Source of the DNA: Cetorhinus maximus
Lineage: Eukaryota
Reading direction: 5' to 3'
Assembly (NCBI RefSeq): GCF_964194155.1
Contig: NC_135901.1
Span: 3,348,001 to 3,412,000, forward strand
DNA: 64,000 nucleotides
The position numbers were made by a program, and so were the translations under genes. Shown here one piece after another: positions 25,780-38,369 of this stretch; position 1 is the first letter of the stretch, and the number at the start of each line of letters is the position of its first letter. The notes beneath the pieces are model-generated. The model saw only the letters and a list, made by a program, of their open reading frames with translations, searched no databases and was not told the origin of the DNA.

Positions 25780-27695
25780 GTTATCTGACCTTTTCATTTT
25801 GTGCTGTTTACACTGATCTCCATAGTAACTTGGATATTGTGCTTCCCTTCCCCATTTCCAATTAAATAGTATAAGATTTTATTCTCCCAATTATCCAGAA
25901 CATCATATGGATCTTCCCAAATAGCCTCCTAGCCCTTTTCACAATGTTTTTTTTAACATTACTTCATCTCCCATTTAGGAGATAATGTTACGGATGGGGT
26001 TGTTCTCCCTGGAGGTGTTGAATGGGCTCACTACACGACAGCTTTTATCAGTGTTGTTTATCCAGAGTGATTAAAGCTCTCGAGCATCCCACCGGACTTT
26101 GGGTGGTAGAGGATGTGGAAATGTAGTGACATACCCATAAGATGACAGAGCTGTTGCATTACTTCTGCTGTGAAATGAGAATCAATATCACTCTATCCTT
26201 TTCAGAAAGCCCCATCTGGTAAAGATCTATTCCCATGGGATATTGGCTGTAGTGACTGCATCATTATTACATACCAAGAAATCTTGAATCCACCAAGTAA
26301 ACGTATCTATAATTACCATGATATCCTAATCCCCTCCTTTTATGTGCATAATGGACCTGTATAATCAACCTGCAATGCTTCCCAGGAACATCATTCAGGT
26401 AGGATGTGTCCATCAGAACCTTAAATTTTGAAGATCTGGATTGATTTGGACACAGATGAGACACAGGTTCCGGTTATGATGGACATCCTGGTGCACCCTG
26501 GTGCATCCTCTGCCACCAATAGTAATTGTGTGACATATCGATGACTTGAAAAAGAGAAACATGTCCCCAATTTGACCCATAAATAAAATGAATCCTGTTC
26601 TGAGCCATTGAGGTGTGACTCAAGAAAAATTAGACCCATCCATGTAATAGAAAAACCTCGTCATGTCGGATGAGCGAGTCCTTACTTGCTGTGAGGGATG
26701 AGGTAACGTCTCCTATGGTGTACGGCCTCTTTGACTATAGTCACATCAGGGTCAGGATCCTGACAAATTTTAAAATCAGGTTTAACTGGAGTCTGTTATA
26801 TCGGTGCCAATGATGGAGTTTTGGGTGGATCCCAAGGACATCCCAGCAGCTTTCCTAGTGAGTCAGTCTGCCTGGTTATTACCCTCTTCACTAACTCCTG
26901 CTGTTGATGTACCTTCGCCTTACAAATAGCAAATTGCCCCGGACACTGACCAGCAATATCCCAAATCATTCGGAGTTTGGAGTGGTGGGTGAGTGGTTTC
27001 CTTGCTGTTGTGTTTTTTTTTTGCCAGAGAAAGTGGTTTTCCCTGAAGGAGTTACAACCCAAGGAGGTTTCAGAATAGTTCCTGATTCAATCAGTGACGG
27101 TTTGAAGGGCTTTGATCACAATAACCTCAGATTTCTGGACTAAGTATTGTGGTGGGCATTTACTAAGGATACTACGGCTGACATGGGGAATCAAAGATGT
27201 AGTACCAGTCTAATATGGTCCCTGTTCATAAAACCAAGACTCATCCACATAAACCCCAGTGGAGTCTAACAGTGGTGTGGCTTTAATAGGTCCATTGTAT
27301 ATGGCCTCTTTCACCTGACAAGTATGTGGAGTTCCTTCATACTGCAACATTCCAACCAATTGGTAATTTTTTCAGTTTTATGATGTTAATATCATTGCTT
27401 TGTATCTCAATTCATTTACTCTATCACACCAAGGATATTCCCTTGCCTTGGCCTTTAACTAATAATGTCACTGCAGTATATGGGGGTGTGTAAAATTTTT
27501 GAATTTAACTCCACCAAGTACTCTGTGTGCTTAACCAACCAGTGAACAGTCAATTCTGCTTAATAAACTGGACAATTGATCTTTCCACAGTGGTGAGTGT
27601 GTCTGAGAAGTATCCAACTGGAAAACCTTTTCCATTCACCGCTTCCATCTCTACAGCAGATATACATTGTTCTGACAGTGCCAACAGGTCTGAGG
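25780..27695 (-). mobile_element. Decayed retroviral-type pol: tether RNase H, second RNase H, integrase
   Basis: Minus strand, with frameshifts: GFPVGYFSDTLTTVERS; VYVDES..VQKSEV..TARKPLTH..FAICKAKVH..NNQAD; CLICVQ; QVDYTGPL; VIIDTFTWW; SDIDSHF; HILYHPKSGGMLESFN. Confidence 0.85.
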
Positions 27696-28039
27696 AATTA
27701 ATTGGATAGATCTTCCAAAGAGTCAGCACAGGCATGATGGGCCGAATGGTTTCCATCTGTGTTGTATCATTCTATAAAACTGTGAATATTCAGTATCAGG
27801 GGATAGCGAGATCAAGAGAGAGGAAGCAGCTACTGTGCGATTGCAGCCAGCCTGAATCAACACCTTCAGAGGAAGAGATAGAGTCAGAAAAGTTTTTAAA
27901 ACACAGGAGAGCAGCGGTTTGAATCACTTTGAGAAATGAAACACGGCATTAACAAGAATTTATGTGATTTTTAAATCAATTTATCTCAGTTGGTAACAGA
28001 ATTATTTGCTCTTCTCTGTCTGGAGTATCAATGGCGCTC

Positions 28040-28530
28040 TTGTTACCCAACATCCCCTGCGAATGTGAATGTGCCCTATTCCCTCTACAGGAGCCCAGTG
28101 CACAGGAGCAATATTGGACGGTGTCCAGAGCATGCGCAGTGTCACTTTGGTTAGAGCCTTGTGATTGCGGGAGACGCTTTTTGCAGCGGGTGAGAGTGGT
28201 TGAGGTGGAGGGAGGGAGGGAGGGATGGAGCCGGGAGTCGGGGTGGGGAGGAAGAGGAGGCTTCAGAAAGACCTGGTGTAGGCCGCAAGGCCTGAATAAA
28301 ACTCTACGGGTCCTGCGTTTACAGCTCTGGGGCTTTTTCCCAGGAAGAGGCCCAGTTTAATGGCCACCGGGGAACGGAGCGCATGCGCGGCTGTGTTGGT
28401 GATGCAACAGAGGGGCGGGGCGGGGCTTCAGGGTCCCCGTGACCAGGAGAAAAAAAATAATTGACTCATCGATTTCATTCTCTCTGCGCACAAGAGCTGG
28501 TGACAGGCCCGAGTTAATTGCCACCATCTT
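28040..28530 (+). promoter_or_regulatory. CpG-rich promoter, cassette B
   Basis: ZNF143-like ttacccaacatcccctgcg ~28043, NRF1-like gcatgcgca ~28130 and gcgcatgcgc ~28379, GC boxes ~28412. Confidence 0.72.
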
Positions 28531-28569
28531 TAGAGGGTCAAGGTGCTGCAGGGCGTTTGCGCGGCCACC

Positions 28570-29595
28570 CTAAGAACATCAGAAATAGGAGTGGGCCACT
28601 GAGCCTGCTCTGCCATCAATAAGAACATGGCTAATCTTATTGTGACCTTAACTCCACTTTGCTGCCAGCCCCCGATAACTCCCTTGTAGATGAAAAATCT
28701 ATCTAACTCAACTTTGAATATATGCAATGAGCCAGCCTCCATTGCTCTCTGGGGAAGAAAATTCCAAAGATTAGCAACACTCTGAGAGAAGAGGTTCCTC
28801 CTCATCTCAGCCTGAGAGGAGAGACCCCTTATTTTTAAACTGGCCCATTAATTCTAGAATCCTCTTTGAGTGGAAACGTCCTCCCTGATCTATCCTGTCA
28901 AGACCCCTGAATCTTACAGGTTTAAATAAGGTCACCTCTCATTCTTCTAATCCCCAATGAGGATAAATTCAAACTGCTTAACGTTTGCATTGAAAATAAA
29001 CTCCCTAATCCCATGAATCAGCCGAGTGAACCTTCTCTGAACTGCTTCCAATGCACATATGTCCCATAAGACGTAGGAGCAGAAGTAGGCCATTCAATGA
29101 GATCATGACTGATCTGACAATCCTCAACTCCACTTTCCTGCCTTTTCCCCATAACCCTTGATTCCCTTACTGATTAAAAATCTAAGCCTTCAATATATTT
29201 AGCGATCCAGCATCTACAGCCCTCCGTGATAAAGAGTTCCACAGATTGACTACTCTCTTAGAGAAGAAATTCCTCCTCATCTCTGTTTTAAATGGGCGAC
29301 CCCTTACTCTGAGATTATGCCATCTGGTCCTGGACTCGCCTACAAGGGGAGAGCAACTCAGCATGTCAAACCCCCGAAGAATCTTGTATGTTTCAATTAG
29401 GTCACTTCTCATTCTTCCAAAATCCAATGATTACAGACCCAACTTACTCAACCTCTCCATATAAGAAAATCCCTCCATACCTGGATCAACCTCGTGAACA
29501 TTCTGTGGACTGCCTCCAATGCCACTATATCTTTCCTGAGATAAGGGGACCAAAATTGTTCACAATATTCTAGGTGTTGTTTAACTAGTGCTTAA
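28570..29595 (-). mobile_element. Two tandem CR1 3' fragments
   Basis: MRRNLFSQSVANLWNFLP and EMRRNFFSKRVVNLWNSL. Confidence 0.88.
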
Positions 29596-29599
29596 GTAA

Positions 29600-29815
29600 T
29601 CCTGGGACAGGCAGCAGGTGGAGAGAATGTTGTGAATTTCTATCCTGGACTGACGGTGATGGATTTTGGAAATCTCTTTAACAGGGGGTTAGAATGAGAG
29701 GATTTACACACAGCAAACTGAAACCAAGAGAAATATTTGTCTCTTCTAAACTTATATCCTGAACTGACATTTATTGCTTTTGTCATCTCTGTTACAGGGA
29801 GTTAGAAGATTTGAA
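29600..29815 (+). pseudogene. Tandem orphan ZNF acceptor modules, possibly upstream exons of the 32 kb gene
   Basis: tttaacag|ggggttagaa ~29684 and gttacag|ggagttagaa ~29797; homologous to 14850-15000 inverted. Confidence 0.6.
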
Positions 29816-31219
29816 AATTATGAGATTTTTCTCTAACTCCAGTGTTTCTGCTGTCTTTTCAACTGCAGGCTCCGGCAGATTAAAATTTTGAAAACAGTGA
29901 AATTGTTTCAGAAGTGAGTATTATTGAACATTCATCTACCATTTAGAGTTTTTAGTGCTGTGCTCTGGTTCCATGGCTCTGGGGCTGGTGTGGCTCCTTT
30001 ACTGTGGTTCTGAATCCATGTCTATCCGTTACTCTGTTTCACTCTGCCTTCCCTGACCACCTCTATGCCATTGTCTAACTTCCTCTGCCTCTAATATTGG
30101 ATGTATTTTAACCATGTTTGGTATATTACTGTTATTTCTTCCAAATGTGTCTAAATGAGGTTTCCACCGTTACTCATCCCCTGGCTATCCAATACTGATT
30201 TACCAGCTTTATCTTCCAATGGTCAGGAATTGCTTTTCCTGCACTAAAGATCGTTTCTTTTCTGCTCATGAGCTCATATTGACCATCAAATTCTGCTCCA
30301 TTTTTATTCCCTGGAATTGATTCTCCACATCCTGAAATGTTAACTCTCTTCCTCTCTCCACAGTTACTGTCTGACCTGCTGAGTATTTCCAGCACTTGCT
30401 CTTTTTATATCAGATTTCCAACAACTGCAGTATTTTGCTTTTTTTTGTTACAGGTGTTTATCTCTGAACTGAATCGAGAAACAGAGATGGACCAATTAAA
30501 AACTGATTTGCATCAGGGTGGGTGTTGGTTGTAGAGGTTGGTCCCTGGCCCCCAGTGTAGGTATTTTTTATGCAGTCATAGAATGATTATAATACAGACA
30601 GAGGCCATTTAGCTCATCATTCCCATGCTGGCGCTCTCAAGGACAAATCAGCTAGTCCCACCCTCCTCCCCTTTCCTCGTAGCCCAGCAATTTTCTCTTT
30701 CTAGGTGCTTATTCAATTCCCTTTGAAAGCCTTTGTTGTATCAGTTTGAGCTGGAGTGGAGACGGAGGAGAAGCTGCTGGGTTTAACCCCGAGGACTTTG
30801 GAACCCAGTTGGGCCCAGCAATTTCCGATGTGAAATTGTCGAGGGAGGTAGATACTAGGTGAGACCAGGTTAATAAACAGACACTGTCCAGGCAATGTAA
30901 CTGTTTTAGGAACAAGGATTTCTTTTGATGCTTTTGATCTATTTGACATATGCATGTTTTTAAAATTTATTCTTGGGATTTGGGCATCACTAACAAGACC
31001 AGCAGTGTTTATTACCTATTCCCAGTTACCTGTGGAGAAGATGATGTTTGACTTTCCTGAACCGCTGCAGTCCATGTGGTGAAGCTGCTCCTACAATGCA
31101 GTTAGATAAGGAGTTACAGGATTTTCATACAGCAATGATGAAGGAATGGTGATATAGGTCCAAGTCAACAACAATTTGTTGTATTTATAAAGCACCTTTA
31201 ACATAGCTCCAGCAACTCC

Positions 31220-32300
31220 AGAGGTGCGGTGAGAGTGACTGCCCTTGATATCAAGGCAGCAACTGATTGACTGCGGCATCAAGGAGCTCTAGCAAAATTG
31301 AAGTCAGTGTGAATCAGGGGGAAAACTCTCCACTGGTTGGACTCATACCTAGCACAAAGGAAGATGGTTGTGGTTGTTGGAGGTCAGTTATCTCAACTCC
31401 AGGGCATCACTCCAGGAGTTCCTCAGGGTAGTGTCCTCAGCCCAACCATCTTCAGCTGCTTCTTCAATGACCTTCCTTCCAACATAAGGTGAGAAGTGGG
31501 GATGTTCGCTGATGATTGCACAATGTTCAGCACCATTCGTGACTCCTCAGATACTGAAGCAGTCCATGTCCAAATGCTGCAGACCTGGACAATATTCAGG
31601 CTTGGGCTGAAAAGTGGCAAGAAACACTCGCACCATGCAAGTGCCAGGCAATGACCCTCTCCAATAATATAGAATCTCTCCATTAGCCCTTGACATTCAA
31701 TGGCATTACCATTGCGGAAACCCCCACCATTTAAATCCTGGGGGTTACTATTGACCAGAAACTGAACTGGATTAGCCTTATCAATACTGTGGCTACAAGA
31801 GCAGGTCAGAGGTTAGGAATCATGCGAGGAGTAACTCACTTCCTGACTCCCCAAAGCTTGTCCACCATCTACAAGGTACAAGTCAAGATTGTGATGGAAT
31901 ACTCCCTATTTTCCTGGATGAGTGCAGCTCCAACAACACTCAAGAAGCTTGATGCCATCCAGGACAAAGCAGCCCGCTTGATGACACCCATCTACAAACA
32001 CTCACTCCCTCCACTACTGATGCACAGTGACAGCAGTGTGTTCTATCTACAAGATTCACTGCAGGAACTCACCAAGACTCTTAGCATCTTCCAAACCCAC
32101 GACCGCTACCATCTAAAAAGACAAGTACAGCAAATGCATGGAAATACCACCACCTGGAAGTTCCCCTTCAAGCCACTCAGCATTCTGACTTGAAAATGTA
32201 TCACTGTTCCTTTACTGTCACCGGGTCAAAATCCTGGCACTCCCTCCCTAACAGCACTGTGGGTGTACCTACATCGCATGGACAGTAGCACTTTAAGAAG
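31220..32300 (+). mobile_element. CR1/L2-group LINE (family 2), RT C-terminal half
   Basis: GVPQGSVLSPTIF..NDLP..MFADDCTMF; WMSAAPTTLKKLDAIQDKAARL. Confidence 0.9.
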
Positions 32301-32533
32301 GCAGTTCTCTCTCTCTCTCGCTCTTTCTCTCTCTCCCTCTTGGTCATGGTCACTTTTCTGGTGCCTTTGTGTTTTTGTGGGTTCTCTCTCACTGCCTGTT
32401 TTCTGGTTTAAATCAATTTGACAGGTTTTTAGAAGGAGAGGATTTGCAGCCGTGAAACTGAAACCAAACATCACATCAGAATCTGACAGAGTTACCCAAT
32501 TTACCGTAACATGAATATCATTAGATTTTGAAC

Positions 32534-33312
32534 ATGGAAGGAAAAAGCACCGTTCACAATGAGGAGAAACCGTATACGTGTTCTGTGTGTGGACGAGGCT
32601 TCAGCCGGACATCTGGCCTCTCGAAACACAAATGCAATCACAACGGGGTGAAGCCATGGAAATGTGGGGATTGTGGGAAGGGATTTACCCATTCATCTAT
32701 CTTGCTGAATCACCAGAGAGTTCACACTGGGGAGAGACCATTCATCTGCTTTGACTGTGGGAAGAGATTCACTCAGTCATCCCACCTGCTGAGACACCAG
32801 CGAGTTCACACTGAAGAAAGACCGTTCACCTGCTCTGAGTGTGGGGCAGGATTTACTCGGTCATCCAGCTTGCTGATACACCAGCGAGTTCACACTGGAG
32901 AAAGACCATTCACTTGCTCCATATGTGGGAAGGGATTCACTCAGTCCGGCATTTACATAAACTCACTCACACTGGGGAGAGACCATTCACCTGCTCAGAG
33001 TGTGGAGATGGCTTCACTCGGTCACCCGACTTGCTGATACACCAACGAATTCACACTGATGAGAGACCTTTTCAATGCCCAGACTGTGGGAAGTGCTTTA
33101 AAAGTTCTGGGGAACTGATATCCCATCAACATGTTCACACCGATGAAAGACCGTTCAGGTGCTCTCACTGTGGGTCTGGGTTCAAGACATCATCTAACCT
33201 CACTATACACCAGCTAATTCACACTGGGGAGAGACTGTTCACCTGCTCGGACTGTGGGAAGAGATTCACTCGGTCATCCAACCTGCTTAAACACCAGCGA
33301 GTTCATAAGTAA
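32534..33312 (+). pseudogene. C2H2 ZNF gene, type A, one internal frameshift (4 + 4 intact fingers)
   Basis: ATG 32534 [13 protein letters not shown]; deletion in finger 5 near 32950 shifts frame; array continues in ORF 32839-33312; acceptor tttgacag|32425. Confidence 0.82.
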
Positions 33313-33377
33313 CTCCCGTGATTCGATTTTGCTGTTAACCACACCCAGGACTGAACCATGTTCATTGAGATCTGTTT

Positions 33378-34683
33378 TTTTCTTCTTCATCTTCGTCCCA
33401 TTTTACTTGGGGTCACCACAATGCTGCTTGATCACCTTTTCCATCTCCTCCTGTCACTCACACATTCCTCTTCCAATCCCACTGCATTTCTGTCTCTGGC
33501 CACCACATCTTTCCATCTGGCCCTTAGACATTCCTCTTTTCCTTCTTCCTGACAGTCCCATGTCCATCACTCACCTCACCACATTTCCTCCCTCTCTCCA
33601 CAATGGATGACCAGACCATTTCAATCTCTTCTCAGCTACTTTCTTCGATGTTTCCACAATCTTCACTGACCCCCTGATATACTGGTTCCTGATCTTGCCC
33701 TTTCTTGTCACTCCACACATCCATCTCAGCATCTGTATCTCATTGTATCCAGTCATTGTTCCTCTCTTCTTGATACTGCCCAAGTTTCTGCTCTGTACAA
33801 CAAGGCCGGTCTCACAACTGTCCTGTAGATTCTTCCTTTTCAATTTCAGTGACACTTTTCGATCACATCACATTGCACTGCACTTCTTCCAATTACTCCA
33901 ACCAAAGCTAATCTGTTTCTTAATTTTCATACTTCCATCTTCTGCCATCGCTGGCCCCAGGTACTTGAAGCTACTCACATTCTCCAAGTATTCACCCCTA
34001 ATCTCTTCACCTTCACTCTGATTCTCTTCCATAGGCTCAAACCGACAGTCCATGAATTGGGTCTTTGGTTCACTAGTGAAGGAAGGATTTTCTTCCTTTT
34101 AGGGAACGAAATCGGCCATCCTCATCCAGTCTGGCCTACACGTGACTCCAGACCCACAGCAATGTAGTCGACTCTTAACTGCCCCCAGCAATGACCTAAC
34201 AAGTCAGTCAGTTCAAGGGCAGTTAGGGATGGGCAACAAATGCTGGTCTTATCAGTGACTCCGCATTTCATGAAAGAATTAAAAAAAAACTAATCTTCAT
34301 ACCTGTGCTTTTCTCCAGTTCCCCAGATACTCAGTCATGTTCTCATCATAGCTCAGTGTCATCTGTAAATTTCACTCCCTCTCACAGTTACAACATGCGA
34401 ATCAGGAAGAGGAAGGGATTCCGTGTCGATCCTTGGTGCAATCCAACTTTGATTTTGAAAAACTCACTCTCTCCCACACAGCTTCTTACTCTTGTCTGGA
34501 ACTCCTTGGTCATGTCCTGTAATAGTCATACATACTTCTCAGGGACTTCATGAATTCTAACACATCTCCAGACTTCTTCCCTGGGCACCTGGTCATAAGC
34601 CTTCTCCAGATCAATGAATACAATCTTCGTGTTGCATTGACCTCTCCAATATTTCCCCCTCACTTGTCTCAAAATGAAAATAG
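33378..34683 (-). mobile_element. RTE-clade LINE, 5'-truncated, with 15-bp TSD and nested SINE piece (~34065-34290)
   Basis: MLRWMCGVTRKGKIRNQYIRG..EKRLKWSGH; (GAA)n tail; TSD cattgagatctgttt 33363-33377 / cattgggatctgttt 34684-34698. Confidence 0.9.
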
Positions 34684-34829
34684 CATTGGGATCTGTTTCT
34701 GCAAATGTTAATAAAACCTAGTCCAGTAATAGGTGTTAATATTCTAGGTAAAAGTAAAATAAATCAGCTTTATGTTAAACACACAGTGTGACGAGTCACT
34801 TTAATATCTCTAACACAAGTTAGTTCCTT

Positions 34830-35460
34830 TTGAAAGGCTTTCCCTCTCCACTGTCTCCTCCACACTCACCTCAAACAGAAAGTGTGAGGAGCTCACAGAT
34901 TTCCTTGTCTCTAAGGTTGAGACAATCTGACCAGCTGCCTCTGCTGCTTCCCTCCTTTCCACTTGACCATCGGGCCCAACTTCCTCTAAAGATCTGCCCG
35001 GCTCTAGCTCTGAACTCATCTTTCTTTAGTTTCTCTCCGATCCCCCCTTATCCTCTCAAGAACTCATCTTGTCCATGAGACCCACCTTCTGCTCTATTGA
35101 CCCTATTCCCACTAAACTGCTGTCCACAGAAAAGTTTTGAACGAGCATTCCTTTATGGAGGGTGGAAGATGGGACACCAGCCACGAGAGCATTGGAATAG
35201 TCGAATCTGGAGGCAACAAAGGCATGGATGAGGATTTCAGCAGGAAATGGGCTTCAGCAGGATGGGGACAACCGATATTACAGAGGGGGAAGGAGGTGAT
35301 CTTAGTGATGGAGAAGACACGTTGTCAGTAGCTTAGCCCTCAGCTCAGGCTCAAATAGGAAACTAAGGTTGCTATTAGTCTGCTTCAACCTCAGACTGTG
35401 GTAAGGGAGGGGGCTGGAGTCGGTGATGAGGAACAGAGTTTATGGTAGGGGTGGGGGCTT
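34830..35460. mobile_element. L2 LINE fragments
   Basis: Similar to 5060-5410 and 2700-2975. Confidence 0.65.
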
Positions 35461-36199
35461 TTGTGGGCTCAAGTATTAAATCACCTCCTGTATGGACTCG
35501 AGCATTAATTAATCGCTATCCCTTGTAATAACATTACAGAAACAGGTCCAGTCTCGATGTGGTGATAAAATTTTTTTCACTAATTGGACTTTAACTGACA
35601 CTGTTACGATCCATAGTTTTCCATGTGCCAGAATGTGCCCCATCAATGACTACAGGAGCCCAGTGCGATTACTCAGGTTGTTCTCTGAGCATGTGCAGTG
35701 CAAGTGGTGGATGTGCAACATGGTGATCAGGAGCAAATAGGAGATCACATTGAATTACGGAGAATATGGAGTCCAGAAACAGTGCATTCTGTTCGACTAA
35801 TCTGCTGGTGTTTATATTTCAAAAAAGACACATTCCATTCCATCTACCCCATCTGAGCTTTTCAGCTTGTATTTCTTTACAGAGGTACCAGCAGTGAAAC
35901 AAAAGCAAAACACTGTGGATACTGGAGATCGGAAATTTAAAAAAAAAGTGATGGAAACTCAGCAGGTTGTTTCCACGAGTTTGTACCAGCACTGATCTTT
36001 GTGAATTTCAACCTTCGACATTTTTCCAATATGAAATTTCATTTGGAGGTGGGGGAGAATTGCACAGATTGCATCAGGGAGGAAGGTCCAGACATTTGGG
36101 TATCTACACACTTTAAGTACATATTTTGTGTGTTGCGCCCCGGGTCCCGAACTCGATTGGGAAGCCGATATATTGAAATATGTACTGCCAATTGAATGG

Positions 36200-36830
36200 C
36201 GGATTATCTACCCAGAACGCCCCGCGCTGCGGAAAGTCCCCTATCAATGACTATAGGAGTCCAGTGCGCAGGTGCAGTGTGGGTGTGCGCTCTGAGCATG
36301 CTCAGTGTCAGTCATGGTGACAGAGTGAGGAGGAGCGGACGGTTCGGGAGGCGGGAGGAGATTGTGAGCACAGGGTAGGAATGGAAACCGCGGCTGGACT
36401 GGGAACTGGATCAACTTCTGGGGTAGGCCCCAGGCCCCGTGTTTACCCCGCGGTGACAGGCCCGGGGGGAGGGAGCGATGGAGCCGGCGGCTGGACGGGG
36501 AGGATTTGGAAACACTTTGTGGATCCGCAAACCCTGAGGAATAATTGTCAGCTCCTGGTTTGCAGCTGCGGGGCTTCTCCCTCCCGGGAACAGGCCCAGG
36601 TTAACGGCCGCCATCCTGGGTCAGCGAGTGGAGGATGGTTCACATCAGAGGATGGGGGAGGGGGGGACAATAAATAAGTGGTTACACTTTGGGCTCAAAT
36701 CAATGAGGATCTGATCTGTGGGAAGGAAGGAAACCCTGGGAGGTGGGCGGGGAGGATTCAGAAACACCCGCTGGAGGCCCCAAACCCCCAATAAGACTCA
36801 TTGATTTTATTGTCAGTCTGCAGACAGGAG
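36200..36830 (+). promoter_or_regulatory. CpG island/first exon, cassette B, of the 37 kb ZNF gene
   Basis: ZNF143-like tacccagaacgccccgcg ~36209, tgcgca motifs, candidate donor gg|gtagg 36375, YY1-like gccgccatc ~36607; decayed duplicate at 35625-35705. Confidence 0.75.
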
Positions 36831-37398
36831 CTGGAGAACTGAACCCAGGCAGAGGAGAGGGAGGGAGAAAACTGGGAGTGGAGGAAAGAGGTGGTGGAGA
36901 TGGTGAGATGGGTTTGGATTTCAGCCCAGAGAGGAGGGAGTGTGTGTGGGACGGGGATTTAGAGCTTTGGGGGAACAAGAGAGGAAAAAATGTATTTTTT
37001 AGAAACGAGAATTGCCTGTTCCCAATTTCTCCCCTGTACTGACAGTGATAGCATTTGTAATCTCTTTTTACAGATATTAGGAAGGAGGATCTACAGAAGC
37101 TCAAACGAAACTTTATGTCAAGATCTGGTTAAGTCATTTGATTCATTATCCTTTGAATGTGGAAGGAGAAATGATTCTCTGTTCTGTCTGAGAGAATTGA
37201 TTTCAAACAGCAGGAAAATCACCAAGAGACACAAACCGAGAGACTATGTTCCAGTGAACTGACAGAGCTTTAACCAGTTACACAGTCTTAGAAAAACACC
37301 ACACCATTCATAGCAGGAAGAAACTGTATACATGTTCTGTGTGTGGATCAGGCTTCAACTGATCATCCAACCTGGAGAGACACAAGGACACCAGCACA

Positions 37399-38073
37399 AT
37401 GGAGAAACCATGGAAATGTGAGGACTGTGGGAAGGAATTCAATTATCCATCCCTGCTGGAAAACCATCGACGTGGTCACACTGGGGAGAAGCCATTCATC
37501 TGTTCCGTGTGTGGGAAGGGATTTACTCAGACAACCAACCTCATGTCACACCAGCGAGCTCACACTGAGGAGAGGCCGTTCAGCTGCACTTCCTGTGGAA
37601 AGAGGTTCAGGTCTTCATCCAGCCTGATTGCACACCAGCAAGTTCACACTGGGGAGTGGCCGTTCACCTGCTCCATGTGTGGGAAGGGATTCACAAAGTC
37701 ATCCAACCTGGTGACTCACCAGCGAATTCACTCTGAGGAGAAGCCATTCAGCTGCACTTCCTGTGGGAAGAGTTTCAGGCAGTCAGGCCATCTCATTGTA
37801 CACCAGCGAGTTCACACTGGGGAGAAGCCATTCAGCTGCACTGACTGTGGAAAGCATTTTAGACAGTCGAACGATCTCATTTCACACCAGCGAGTTCACA
37901 CTGGGGAGAAACCGTTTACCTGTTTAGTGTGTGGGAAGGGATTTACCACATCCTCCAACCTGCTGATACACCAAAACACTCACACTGGAGAGAAGCCTTT
38001 CACTTGCTCCCTGTGTGGAAAGGGATTTGCTCAGTCACGAGACCTGCTGAGACATCAGCAAGTTCACAAGTGA
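37399..38073 (+). CDS. C2H2 zinc-finger protein, 8 fingers, type B
   Basis: Open frame MEKPWKC...HQQVHK*; acceptor tttttacag|37074; conserved 3'UTR. Confidence 0.93.
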   Translation: MEKPWKCEDCGKEFNYPSLLENHRRGHTGEKPFICSVCGKGFTQTTNLMSHQRAHTEERPFSCTSCGKRFRSSSSLIAHQQVHTGEWPFTCSMCGKGFTKSSNLVTHQRIHSEEKPFSCTSCGKSFRQSGHLIVHQRVHTGEKPFSCTDCGKHFRQSNDLISHQRVHTGEKPFTCLVCGKGFTTSSNLLIHQNTHTGEKPFTCSLCGKGFAQSRDLLRHQQVHK

Positions 38074-38369
38074 CTGCAGGGGCTGGATTCTGTTGTTACT
38101 TTTGCTGTTAATCACATCAAGGATTGCTCGTCTGACAATATTTGATTTGTTTCTGCTAATGTTAACAATCCCTGTAACTGGATGGAGTTTAACAGACTGG
38201 ATTTGCCACTGATTTTTGGGGCTGCAGTGTCCCTTTTTAAAAGCACCATCTGTGATCTCTCCCCTTAATACAAGAGCTCTCTACAGGAACCTTTTAGAAA
38301 ATATAAAATGAACTTTTACTTCATCCTAAATTGACCTTTGCAAATCTACATTTGGTGTCTGTAAGGTGA

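Noticed and set aside
38070-38205. SECIS element in the conserved ZNF 3'UTR
   Set aside because: No AUGA...AA...GA kink-turn arrangement visible
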